Of a stretch of DNA of 64,000 nt, positions 1 through 9,211 are shown piece after piece. Numbering within the stretch: the stretch's first letter is position 1; each line of letters begins with the position of its first letter. The notes below the pieces were generated by a model. That model had not been told where the DNA came from and did not search any database. It saw only the letters and a list, made by a program, of their open reading frames with translations. Source of the DNA: Parcubacteria group bacterium M10-OD1-1 (GTDB lineage: Bacteria > Patescibacteriota > Minisyncoccia > Moranbacterales > UBA2206); NCBI GenBank assembly GCA_003056145.1, contig LSNL01000003.1, forward strand, positions 73,993-137,992, read 5' to 3'. The position numbers and the translations under genes were made by a program.

Positions 1-168
1 AAACCGAGTGCTTGCCAATGTGGATTAGTTCTTCAGGGATTAGTAGAGGCTAAGCAATGTCCTCTTTTTGGTCGGAGTTGTACGCCAGATAATCCTCAAG
101 GTGCTTGTATGGTTTCAGTGGAGGGTAGCTGTAATGTAGAGTTTCGTTATGTCCAGAATAACAAATAA
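1..168 (+). CDS. hypD: Hydrogenase maturation protein HypD, C-terminal fragment (cut by window edge)
   Basis: Frame 1 reads CQCGLVLQG...CPLFGRSCTPDNPQGACMVSVEGSC, the HypD C-terminal Fe-S motif. TAA at 166-168, directly upstream of hypE. Confidence 0.93.
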   Translation, partial: KPSACQCGLVLQGLVEAKQCPLFGRSCTPDNPQGACMVSVEGSCNVEFRYVQNNK

Positions 169-193
169 GTTAAGAAGTTTATTATTAGAAAAG

Positions 194-1177
194 ATGGAAA
201 AAAATAAAACAATTGAATTAGAAGCTGGAGCTGGTGGAAAAAAATCTAATGATTTGATTTCTCAAATTAAAAAGAATTTAATGTTTCAATCGCGATGGAA
301 AAATACAGATGATGATGGAGCGACTTTTACTATTGGTAAAGAGCATTTAACTTTTACAGCAGATGCTTTTATTGTGGATCCTTTATTTTTCCCAGGTGGT
401 GATATTGGAAAAATTGCAATTTGTGGTACGATTAACGATTTATCGGTAATGGGAGCTCGTCCAATTGGAATAGCGTTGAGTTTAGTTATTGAAGAAGGTT
501 TTCCAGAAAAAGATTTGCAAAAAATTATCCAGTCTATTGGTAAAATTTCTAAAGCTACTGGAGTACCAATTGTAACAGGTGATACTAAAGTAACTGAAAA
601 AGGGAAAATTGATAAACTAGAAATTACTACTGCTGGAGTAGGGATAGCGAAGAAAATAATTCAAAATAATGGTGCGCGAGTAGGTGATGTTGTTGTTGCT
701 TCAGGTAATTTAGGTGAACATGCTGTTGCCTTGTTAGCTAAAAGATTTAATTATCAAAGTAAAATAAAAAGTGATTGTCGGCCACTCATTTTAGAGCTAC
801 AAGCAGTAGGAAAATATTTAACTTCCTGTAAAGATCCTACTAGAGGAGGGTCAGCGGCTGTTTTAAATGAAATAGCGGAGAAGTCTAAAATTAAAATTTT
901 ATTAGAAGAAGAACGATTACCTTTTGCTAAAGAAGTAGTTGCTTTATCAGAACTTTTGGGCATTGATAAATTCTCTTTTCCTTCGGAGGGGCGTTTTGTA
1001 GCAACTACTCCCCAAAAATATGCTTCTAAAGTTATTAAAATCCTTCAAAAATATAATTCAGAAGCTAAAATAATTGGAACTGTGCAAAAAGGAAAAGGTG
1101 TTTATCTCAAAACATCGTTAGGAGGAACTAAAATAATTGATGTTCCTCAAGGAAAATTAATTCCAAGAATTTGTTAA
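194..1177 (+). CDS. hypE: Hydrogenase expression/formation protein HypE
   Basis: PurM-like motifs GGDIGKIAICGTINDL, VTGDTKV and DPTRGG, plus invariant C-terminal PRIC. ATG 194 preferred over 149, which overlaps hypD. Confidence 0.95.
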   Translation: MEKNKTIELEAGAGGKKSNDLISQIKKNLMFQSRWKNTDDDGATFTIGKEHLTFTADAFIVDPLFFPGGDIGKIAICGTINDLSVMGARPIGIALSLVIEEGFPEKDLQKIIQSIGKISKATGVPIVTGDTKVTEKGKIDKLEITTAGVGIAKKIIQNNGARVGDVVVASGNLGEHAVALLAKRFNYQSKIKSDCRPLILELQAVGKYLTSCKDPTRGGSAAVLNEIAEKSKIKILLEEERLPFAKEVVALSELLGIDKFSFPSEGRFVATTPQKYASKVIKILQKYNSEAKIIGTVQKGKGVYLKTSLGGTKIIDVPQGKLIPRIC

Positions 1178-1181
1178 TTTT

Positions 1182-2363
1182 TTAATTATTAAGTAGCCAA
1201 AAAATAATTTGTCCTAAGCTAATCCCAGCATCTCCGCGGGGTATTATTGAATCCAATGCTTCGGCGGTTGAATCGTTGGATTTTTTTTTGTTAAAATAGT
1301 TAGAGATTATTTTGTTATTGCTAATTCCACCTGAAAGAATAAGCTGTTGCTTATTTTTTGAATTTTTCTTTTGATGAACAGTTTTTAATGCATAATTCTT
1401 AACAATTTCTTCCAGTCCTTGTATAATATAAATTTGTGCAGTGGCAGCTAGGCGTTTAGGATCACGGGGAATGTTTCCATTTACATTTCCAGGTATATAC
1501 TTAAGTATATACTTAAGTATATACGTAGTATCTAAAATAAGCTTGGTTTTACTTTTCTTTATAATTTTTGGATGAAAGTCTTTATAGGGAATAGTGGAAT
1601 TTTTTTCTAGTAAATGTGTTGCTTCGTGCTTATAGGTTCTTTGGTTTTTTGCAAAGCCTAAGAGTACGGAAATAGCATCTAAGATTCTACCCGTGCTGGA
1701 AGTTTCAATGCAATTAAAATTCTGCTCAAGCTGATTAAATAAAAGTTCAAATTGATTTTTAGTATAATATTTTTTTACATAACTATAGATACTTTCTTTT
1801 TTTTGAAAATTACTGAGAATGCTGATAAGAATTCTGGCAGGTTCTTTAATTGCTAGTTCACCGCCAATCATTATTTGGTTTTCCAAATGTCCTATTCTCG
1901 TTGTTTGCATTTTTAAGCTTGAAATTTTAAAAACCTCTCCACCCCAAATTTTTCCATCTGTTCCATATCCAGTGCCATCAAGAGCAAGTCCATAAATAGT
2001 GTTGGGTGTCTGGATTTTATTATTTTGTATGAAATTATTTCCAATTTGGGAAAAAATATGAGCAAGGTGATGCTGAATCTGGAGATAGTCAGCTTTAAAT
2101 TTTTTAGCCAAATTTTTCCCCAAAATTGTGGTTATATAATTTGGATGAAGGTCAGTCAGTACTATGTTTGGGCGTAACTGGTTTTTTCTTAGAAAAATTT
2201 CTAAAGTAGCTTTGTATTTTTTAAAATTTTTATCATCCAAAAGATCGCCGAAATCTTCGGATAAATAGATTGCCTTATTAGAATAGACGGAAAAATTACC
2301 AGCAGATTCGGCGCCTAAGGCCAAAATAATTTTATTTTTTTGAAGGGGGATATTTAAGATCAT
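1182..2363 (-). CDS. hypF: HypF C-terminal (Kae1-like carbamoyltransferase) domain only
   Basis: QHHLAH, LDGTGYGTDGKIWGGE, TSSTGRILDA, LSGG and DAGISLGQ match the HypF C-terminal half. Only 393 aa; no acylphosphatase, Zn-finger or YrdC part. Confidence 0.85.
   Translation of the reverse strand: MILNIPLQKNKIILALGAESAGNFSVYSNKAIYLSEDFGDLLDDKNFKKYKATLEIFLRKNQLRPNIVLTDLHPNYITTILGKNLAKKFKADYLQIQHHLAHIFSQIGNNFIQNNKIQTPNTIYGLALDGTGYGTDGKIWGGEVFKISSLKMQTTRIGHLENQIMIGGELAIKEPARILISILSNFQKKESIYSYVKKYYTKNQFELLFNQLEQNFNCIETSSTGRILDAISVLLGFAKNQRTYKHEATHLLEKNSTIPYKDFHPKIIKKSKTKLILDTTYILKYILKYIPGNVNGNIPRDPKRLAATAQIYIIQGLEEIVKNYALKTVHQKKNSKNKQQLILSGGISNNKIISNYFNKKKSNDSTAEALDSIIPRGDAGISLGQIIFWLLNN
1493..1524. 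repeat. 32-bp perfect palindrome made of tandem GTATATACTTAA units, inside hypF
   Basis: gtatatac-ttaa-gtatatac-ttaa-gtatatac, encoding the YILKYILKYI segment. Confidence 0.85.
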
Positions 2364-2547
2364 ATCTCTAGTATAATTAAAATTAGAAGATAATCAAAAT
2401 ATTAAAACAGTTTAAAATTTATTAAAAAGCAAAATACTTATTATTTACTTTCCATAATTTAGTAAGAAATTACTCAAAGAGTGTAAGTATAATTTCAATT
2501 TTCTTGGCTCTATTCTCTTGATTAACTAAATGATATAGAATTAAAAT

Positions 2548-3270
2548 ATGGAATATAAATATCAAGGTGTTATCTTTAGTAAAATAGATGTTGGTGAAGT
2601 AGATAGAATTTATAGTATCTACACTTTAGAAGCTGGTATAATTAGAGTTTTAGCTAAGGGAGTCAGAAAACCTAATGCTAAATTAGCTGGGAATTTAGAG
2701 CCGATTACCTATTTGGAAATATTTGTAGTAAAGAATAAAGGAATGGGGAAAATTATTGGAGCAATTCCACTTAATAATTTTTCACAAATCAAAGAAAATA
2801 TTGTTTCGCTAGAAAATATTTTTTATGTTTTTAATATATTTAATCAACTAATTACTCAAGAAGAGCAAGATGCTCAAGTGTTTAATTTTTTAATCGTATT
2901 TTTAATTTCTTTGGATGAATTAACTTTGTCAGGGAAAAATGAAATTAAAATAACTATCTTTACTGTTGGGTTTTTATTTAAATTGTTAAGCGCGTTGGGT
3001 TATGAGTTGCAAATGCAAGAATGTGTAAATTGTTTGCAAAAAATCACACCGCGAGAAAATTATTTTAATTCTGCCAAAGGAGGAATTATCTGCCCTAAAT
3101 GTTCAGCTAGAGAAATAAGAAAAATTAAAATTAATGATGAAACAATAAAGTTGATTAGAATATTTTTAAATAATAAAATTGAAAATTTTGGTAAATTAAA
3201 AGTAGAGCCAAATATTTTGAATAATTTAAAAATTATTTTAAATGATTATTTGCATTGGATAAATAATTAG
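2548..3270 (+). CDS. recO: DNA repair protein RecO
   Basis: N-terminal OB-fold pattern (GEVDRIYSIYT...AKGVRKP) and CxxC...CxxC zinc finger. Confidence 0.92.
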   Translation: MEYKYQGVIFSKIDVGEVDRIYSIYTLEAGIIRVLAKGVRKPNAKLAGNLEPITYLEIFVVKNKGMGKIIGAIPLNNFSQIKENIVSLENIFYVFNIFNQLITQEEQDAQVFNFLIVFLISLDELTLSGKNEIKITIFTVGFLFKLLSALGYELQMQECVNCLQKITPRENYFNSAKGGIICPKCSAREIRKIKINDETIKLIRIFLNNKIENFGKLKVEPNILNNLKIILNDYLHWINN

Positions 3271-3364
3271 TTGTTAAAAAAGCTAAAATTTAGTAAAATT
3301 AAAGTAAATGAAAGATCTTGACAACTATATTTTAATAAGAATAAAATTAATCAATTATTAATCA

Positions 3365-5275
3365 TTGACGATGTCACTTTTTGATATTAAAGACAAATTA
3401 TATAAAAGAAAAGTTTCTAAGGATATATCTCAGCATCAAGTTAGTCAGTATAATCCTAAAACTGAAAAACTCAATGAGGAACCTTCAAAATTTCAAAAGG
3501 AAGATTTGTGGTTGAAAAAAAAACAAGGATTAGGAGCTACTGAAAAAAAAGTTATTAAAAAAGGGATATTAGCTTTAGGAATAATTATTGCTATCATTTT
3601 AATTAGCGCTATAACTTATGAAGTGCGTCGAGTAGTGTTTACTAAAAGTGGTGTTTTTATGTCTATTGATGGTTCAACTCAAGCACGAAGTGGAAAACTT
3701 TTAACCTACACTATTAAATATAAAAATAATAATTGGGTAGATATAAAAAATACTACTTTAGAAATTTCTTATCCAGAAGCTTTTAAGCCAACTAATAATA
3801 CTAATTTTCAAAAAGAAAGTCCAACTTCAGGAATTATAAAACTAGGAACCATCAAGAGACATAGTCAGGGTAAGGTTGTTTTTAACGGAAAAGCTTACAG
3901 CCCTAAAGGAGCTCTTATCTATTTACGAGCTAATCTAAAATATCAACCGTCTAGTTTTAGCGGACAATTTCAAACTAAATCTCAAATCGGGGTTAATATT
4001 ACATCTGCTCCTATCAGTGTAGAAATTGAAGCTCCCCAAAACATTTCTAGTGGTAATCAAATAAATTATCTTATTACTTATCGTAATAATGGATCAGAAG
4101 CTTTTGAAAATTTAAAAATAAAAATTGATTATCCGGATCAGTTTACTTTTTCTCACTCTAATCCTCGTTCGTTAGAAGGAAATAATATTTGGTATTTAGG
4201 TAATTTATCTCCTGGACAATCAGGGAAAATTATTATTACTGGAAAATTAGAAGGAGAACGAAATAAAATTAAAACTGCTAGAGTTTATATCGGGACAACT
4301 GAGCAAGATGGTTTTATGAGCTATAGCGAAGAAAGCATCGCGACAAAAATTGTGGCTTCTCCTCTGTCTATTACACAGACTGTTAATGGAGTTCAACATC
4401 TGAATGTCAACGCTGGCGAAATTCTTAATTTTAAAATAATGTTTAAGAATGATGGAAATATTGGCTTGCGAGATGTTATCGTGAAAGAAAAATTAGCTAG
4501 TTCAGTTTTAGATTATTCAACTCTCGATATGCAAGGAGGAAGCTATAACGCTGATGATAAAATTATTACTTGGAAAGCTTCTGATATTCCAAACTTCAAA
4601 AGTTTAGATCCTGGACAAGGAGGAACGATAATTTTTAGTATTCAGATTAAAAATGTTATTCAAGTCAAAAATAAAAATGATAAAAACTTTGTGATTTCTA
4701 GTGTGGCAACTATTGATAGTCCAGATATTCCTACGCCAATCACTATGAATAAAATAATTGCAGGGAACATTATGGATATGAAATTAAATTCAAAATTAAT
4801 TTTAGCTACTAAAGGATATTATGATGATCAAAAAATTTCTAATTCTGGACCTATTCCTCCAAAGGTTGGACAAGCTACGACATATACTATCCATTGGTTA
4901 ATTACTAACATCTCTAATGATTTATCAAAAGCGAAAGTGGAAGCTTTCTTGCCGACTAATGCTTTAATGACTGGAAAAACTTTTCCAACGGGAGCTAATT
5001 TAGATTATAATCAAAGAACTAATTCTATTGTTTGGAATGTAGGTAATGTGAAATCAGGAGTAGGAATCTTAACTTCACCCAAGGAAGTGGCTTTTCAAGT
5101 TCAGATAAAACCTTCTCCAGATCAAATTGGCAAAGAAGTAAAACTTCTTGGTCAGTCTATTTTAACCGCAAAGGATGATTTTACTGAAGCTAACTTAAAA
5201 CAAGTTAGTAATCAGAAAACAACTAATCTTTCAGAAGACAGTTCTTTGATATCAAAAAGTCGAGTAACGAACTAA
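3365..5275 (+). CDS. Membrane-anchored surface protein with repeated Ig-like (DUF11-like) domains
   Basis: Single TM helix near aa 65-85, then repeated YTIKYKN / YLITYRN / FKIMFKN strands and WxLGxLxPGxxG motifs. Confidence 0.7.
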   Translation: MTMSLFDIKDKLYKRKVSKDISQHQVSQYNPKTEKLNEEPSKFQKEDLWLKKKQGLGATEKKVIKKGILALGIIIAIILISAITYEVRRVVFTKSGVFMSIDGSTQARSGKLLTYTIKYKNNNWVDIKNTTLEISYPEAFKPTNNTNFQKESPTSGIIKLGTIKRHSQGKVVFNGKAYSPKGALIYLRANLKYQPSSFSGQFQTKSQIGVNITSAPISVEIEAPQNISSGNQINYLITYRNNGSEAFENLKIKIDYPDQFTFSHSNPRSLEGNNIWYLGNLSPGQSGKIIITGKLEGERNKIKTARVYIGTTEQDGFMSYSEESIATKIVASPLSITQTVNGVQHLNVNAGEILNFKIMFKNDGNIGLRDVIVKEKLASSVLDYSTLDMQGGSYNADDKIITWKASDIPNFKSLDPGQGGTIIFSIQIKNVIQVKNKNDKNFVISSVATIDSPDIPTPITMNKIIAGNIMDMKLNSKLILATKGYYDDQKISNSGPIPPKVGQATTYTIHWLITNISNDLSKAKVEAFLPTNALMTGKTFPTGANLDYNQRTNSIVWNVGNVKSGVGILTSPKEVAFQVQIKPSPDQIGKEVKLLGQSILTAKDDFTEANLKQVSNQKTTNLSEDSSLISKSRVTN

Positions 5276-5303
5276 AAAGTAAAACTAAAATTTTAGCAAC
5301 TAA

Positions 5304-6461
5304 ATGATTGAACAAATATTTAAAATACAAGCGAAAAAAAATCAAAGTCGGAAAGGAATTTTAAAAACTAAAAGAGGAGCCATTCAAACTCCTTTTTTTA
5401 TGCCTGATGCAACTAGGGGATTTGTACGATCTTTAAATAATAATGATTTGATAGATTTAGAAATGGGTCCAATGGTGGTTAATACTTTCCATCTTTATCT
5501 AAAACCAGGAATGGAATTAATAAAAAAAGTGGGTGGAATTAACAATTTTATGGACTGGAACAATCCATTACTTTCGGATTCAGGTGGTTATCAAATTTTT
5601 TCTTTAATTCATAAAAATCCGAAAATGGGAAAAATCACTGATTATGGTGTTGAATTTCGTTCTCCAATTGATGGCTCGCTTCATTATTTAACTCCTGAAA
5701 AAGCTATTGAAATTCAATTTGATTTAGGCGTGGATATGATGGTAGTTTTTGATGATCCGCCGCCTAATGGTTATACCAAAGAGAAAATTTCTCAAGCCGT
5801 GAAAAGAACTATCAGTTGGGCAAAAAGATGTAAAATTGAATATAAAAAACAAATAAAAAAAAGGAAATTATCAGAAATAGAAAAGCCACTTATTTTTGGT
5901 GTTATTCAAGGTGGTAAATATTTAGATTTAAGGGAACATTGCGCTCAAGAGCTAGTGAAAATTGGTTTTGATGGCTATGGATTTGGGGCTAGACATATTG
6001 ATGAGAAAGGTAATCTAATGGAAGAAGTGGTAAAAACTACAGCTGAATTTATTCCTCCTGAATCTTTGCGGTTTGCTTTGGGAGTGGGAACTCCCCAAGA
6101 TATTGTAAAAATGCATTCTTTAGGTTGGGATATGTTTGATTGTGTTATTCCAACTAGAGAAGGACGGCACGGAAAAATTTTTCTTTGGACAGCAGAAGCT
6201 AGAAAAATAATTCAAGCTAAAGATGAACTCGTTAAGTTACCAAAAGAATTTTATCAAATTATCAATATCAACAATGAAAAGTTCAAGGAAGATTTTACTG
6301 CAGTTGATTCTGAGTGCGATTGTGAGCTTTGTAAAAATCACACTAAGGCATATCTTCGGCATTTATTTTCTTCTAAGGAGCCATCGGGTGGACGATTAGT
6401 TTCATTACATAATTTAAAATTTTATGCTGAGTTAATGAAAAAATTAAGAGAAGAAAAATAA
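5304..6461 (+). CDS. tgt: tRNA-guanine transglycosylase
   Basis: TPFFMP, NTFHL, DSGGYQ, QGG, DMFDCVIPTR and CxCxxC...H zinc site. Confidence 0.93.
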   Translation: MIEQIFKIQAKKNQSRKGILKTKRGAIQTPFFMPDATRGFVRSLNNNDLIDLEMGPMVVNTFHLYLKPGMELIKKVGGINNFMDWNNPLLSDSGGYQIFSLIHKNPKMGKITDYGVEFRSPIDGSLHYLTPEKAIEIQFDLGVDMMVVFDDPPPNGYTKEKISQAVKRTISWAKRCKIEYKKQIKKRKLSEIEKPLIFGVIQGGKYLDLREHCAQELVKIGFDGYGFGARHIDEKGNLMEEVVKTTAEFIPPESLRFALGVGTPQDIVKMHSLGWDMFDCVIPTREGRHGKIFLWTAEARKIIQAKDELVKLPKEFYQIININNEKFKEDFTAVDSECDCELCKNHTKAYLRHLFSSKEPSGGRLVSLHNLKFYAELMKKLREEK

Positions 6462-6481
6462 ATTTTTTTAAGTTTTTGAAG

Positions 6482-6544
6482 ATGAAAAATAATTTAGAAC
6501 TTTTAGCTCCAGCGGGGAGTTTGGAAAAAATGAAATATGCCATT
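6482..6544 (+). repeat. 63-bp direct repeat, left copy (duplicated 5' end of the U32 gene)
   Basis: atgaaaaataatttagaac...aaatatgccatt is identical to 7266-7328. Confidence 0.95.
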
Positions 6545-6642
6545 CTACAAAAAATGTTGTAGTTTAGTATATTCTTTGATATATTAAAGGAAGGAAAACA
6601 ATGGTTACAGTTCATTAAACAACAAAAAGGGAGGATAGGATA

Positions 6643-7062
6643 ATGAGAAGGTATTTTTATGGAATCGTATCGTATATTTTGCGTATAGTGACAAAAAAAA
6701 GAAAAAAAATAATTCCAATTGGAATTCCGAAGATTAGTGCTGTTAATCTTTTTGGTATCGGCATTAGCCAAAGAGCAATGGTTGTCAGTAAAAGATTTAG
6801 AGGATATAGAGGAAGCGTGAAAATAGATAAAATTCCGTCAACAGTCATAAAAGGAAATACCTCTGCTATGCGTAAAGCATGGCTAGGTATAAGAGTGAGA
6901 GGATTTTTATTTTCTCCAAACATTTTCTGTTCGGATTTTTCCGACTGTATAGAGCAGTTGGAGAAAAAAGGAGAAAAAAATTATGCGGAGTTTTTGCGAA
7001 AAATACAAGAAGATCCAGATTATCTTCTTTTTGAAAGATGTTTTTCCTGTTTTAAGAGATGA
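6643..7062 (+). CDS. Hypothetical basic protein
   Basis: 139-aa ORF with a GGAGG SD-like sequence upstream and a hairpin right after the stop. No family recognised. Confidence 0.6.
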   Translation: MRRYFYGIVSYILRIVTKKRKKIIPIGIPKISAVNLFGIGISQRAMVVSKRFRGYRGSVKIDKIPSTVIKGNTSAMRKAWLGIRVRGFLFSPNIFCSDFSDCIEQLEKKGEKNYAEFLRKIQEDPDYLLFERCFSCFKR

Positions 7063-7068
7063 AAATAT

Positions 7069-7095
7069 GGGGATTTGGGCAATGTCCAAATCCCC
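7069..7095. terminator. Stem-loop, probable terminator
   Basis: ggggatttgg-gcaatgt-ccaaatcccc, just after the 6643-7062 stop. Confidence 0.6.
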
Positions 7096-7265
7096 GTTGT
7101 GTTAGTTTAATAAGTAAAAATACATAGCTACTTATAGCATAAAAGTATCTTCTGAGTTTAATTTTGAAAATTATTATTTGTGGGAGTATGATGTTTGTGA
7201 AAGAAATGATGAATTTAGTAGAATCAATAGAGTAAGCAGTTTGAGTATTTTTAAATATAAATTTT

Positions 7266-8516
7266 ATGAAAAATAATTTAGAACTTTTAGCTCCAGCGGG
7301 GAGTTTGGAAAAAATGAAATATGCCATTAAATATGGGGCGGATGCGGTTTATGCTGGTGTGCCTGATTTTTCATTACGAGCAAGAATTAACGCTTTTACT
7401 TTTGAAACTTTAAAAAAGGGTGTGGATTATGCACATAAAAAAAGTAGAAAATTCTATATAACTTTAAATATTTACGCGCACAACCAACATTTTGAAAAAT
7501 TAGAAAAACATTTGCAAGAATTGCAAAAAATTGAGATTGATGGAATTATTGTCAGCGATCCAGGCGTGTTGGCATTAGTAAAAGAATATTTGCCAAAGGT
7601 GGAAATTCATCTTTCTACTCAAGCGAATGCAACTAATTGGCGGGCGGTGAAATTTTGGGTAGATCAGGGCGTGAAACGAGTAATCCTGGCACGAGAAGTG
7701 ACTTTGGAGGAAATTAAAGAAATTCATCGACGAGTACCAGAAGTAGAGTTAGAATATTTCGTGCACGGAGCAATGTGTATGAGTTATTCAGGGCGGTGCA
7801 TTTTGAGTAAATGGATGAGTGGGCGAAGTGCTAATTTGGGAGATTGCTCACAACCTTGTCGTTGGGGATATAAAAAAGTAGGAGATGAAAAATGCAAAGA
7901 GGAAAGCAAAGAAATGACGGTAGTTGATTATCAGGGAGAATTTGAAATGGAGTTAGAAGAAGATAATAATGGAACCTATTTTTTAAATAGTAAGGACTTA
8001 AACTTATTGACACATTTACAGGATTTAATTTCAGCTGGCGTAACATCATTCAAAATTGAAGGTCGCAATAAAAGTGTGTATTATTTGGCTACCGTAATTC
8101 GCGCTTATCGGAAAGTTTTGGATAATTTAAAAGATAAAAAAATATTGCAAACCGAGTTGGATAATTTAAATGGCTTAGTTAATCGTGGTTATACAGTTGG
8201 ATTTTTACTAGGAGAAGAACCAGAGCATAATTTTGAAAATACACATAATAAGAGTCAATATGAATTTGTGGGGGAAGTTTTAAAAAGTGATAAAGAAAAC
8301 CTAATTAAAATCAAAGTACACAACGCTATTTATACTGATGATGAAATTGAAATTATAAATACAGAAGGAAATTATCCAATAAAAGTTTTTAAAATTTACA
8401 ATGAAAAAATAGAAGAGCAAAAATCAGCCCACGGTGGGCATAAAGAGTTTTATTATTTAAAAATCAACAAAGAAAATATTGAGCTGATGTCGTTATTAAG
8501 AAAAAGAGTAAAATAA
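7266..8516 (+). CDS. Peptidase U32 family protein (TrhP/YegQ-like, probable tRNA hydroxylation)
   Basis: ELLAPAG, GADAVY, HLSTQAN, HGAMCMSYSGRC, CSQPCR and KIEGR. Lies next to tgt. Confidence 0.92.
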   Translation: MKNNLELLAPAGSLEKMKYAIKYGADAVYAGVPDFSLRARINAFTFETLKKGVDYAHKKSRKFYITLNIYAHNQHFEKLEKHLQELQKIEIDGIIVSDPGVLALVKEYLPKVEIHLSTQANATNWRAVKFWVDQGVKRVILAREVTLEEIKEIHRRVPEVELEYFVHGAMCMSYSGRCILSKWMSGRSANLGDCSQPCRWGYKKVGDEKCKEESKEMTVVDYQGEFEMELEEDNNGTYFLNSKDLNLLTHLQDLISAGVTSFKIEGRNKSVYYLATVIRAYRKVLDNLKDKKILQTELDNLNGLVNRGYTVGFLLGEEPEHNFENTHNKSQYEFVGEVLKSDKENLIKIKVHNAIYTDDEIEIINTEGNYPIKVFKIYNEKIEEQKSAHGGHKEFYYLKINKENIELMSLLRKRVK

Positions 8517-8698
8517 TATGAAGATGACAGGATATGAAAATGATAAAAATTAATCTATAAAATTTTATTAGGAACTTTATTTTACAAACGGCAATGGTCT
8601 TGGTGGTAGCAACGGGCTGAGAGTCAATCATTATTTGTCAAAAATTCAGTAACCAAACACTTTTTTTATTGGTAATTTTTTTAAAAGAAAATTTAAAA

Positions 8699-8729
8699 TC
8701 CCGCAATCTGTCAATGACAGATTGCGGGA
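8699..8729. terminator. 15-bp perfect inverted repeat, probable terminator of the 8744-9211 gene
   Basis: tcccgcaatctgtca-a-tgacagattgcggga. Confidence 0.7.
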
Positions 8730-8743
8730 GTCCAGGAGCTCTT

Positions 8744-9211
8744 TTAAGGAAAATTTGATAATAGGGATAAAATTTCAGCAGGAATGTCAGTATATCCGCT
8801 GACAAACCTATATCCAGAACGGAGTCCAGAAAAATTTTTATCAGTGAAACAACCGAAAGTTTTAGTGTTGGAAAAATAAAAAACTTGCAGAGCCAGCTTT
8901 TTAGCGGCATCAAGCTCATTTATTTTTCCTGTCAGATAAACTTCTGGCAGAGCGTTGAACATTTTCGTTTTAATGTGATTATGTACTGTCCAGAGGACTT
9001 TTTGTTCCTTAGACAGCTTTCCCATCACCGTCTCGTTCGATGCAACTCGATCTTCTGGTGCTGGTGCCGGATTATCGGGATCAATTTGATCCCAGTCAAC
9101 CGGTAAAAGGTCGGTCAGCTTAATCAATTCAGCAATAAAAATTTTTTTACCGAGAGACGTTCTTTTACAATGGTTTATTCGTCCACCGTACAAGCTTGTT
9201 TTTCCGTACAT
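8744..9211 (-). CDS. Hypothetical protein (orphan)
   Basis: 155-aa ORF with strong SD AGGAGG upstream of the ATG and its own downstream hairpin. Confidence 0.7.
   Translation of the reverse strand: MYGKTSLYGGRINHCKRTSLGKKIFIAELIKLTDLLPVDWDQIDPDNPAPAPEDRVASNETVMGKLSKEQKVLWTVHNHIKTKMFNALPEVYLTGKINELDAAKKLALQVFYFSNTKTFGCFTDKNFSGLRSGYRFVSGYTDIPAEILSLLSNFP

Larger units (their letters stand above)
6482..7328. mobile_element. Small insertion (721 bp) bounded by 63-bp direct repeats; no mobility gene
   Basis: Exact flanking duplication of the U32 start, with one orphan ORF and a hairpin inside. Confidence 0.5.

Noticed and set aside
6482-7328. 63-bp repeat pair as a DGR template/variable repeat
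   Set aside because: The copies are identical, with no adenine-specific differences, and there is no reverse transcriptase in the window.
8517-8698. Possible gene remnant downstream of the U32 gene
   Set aside because: All frames are short and no family was recognised.
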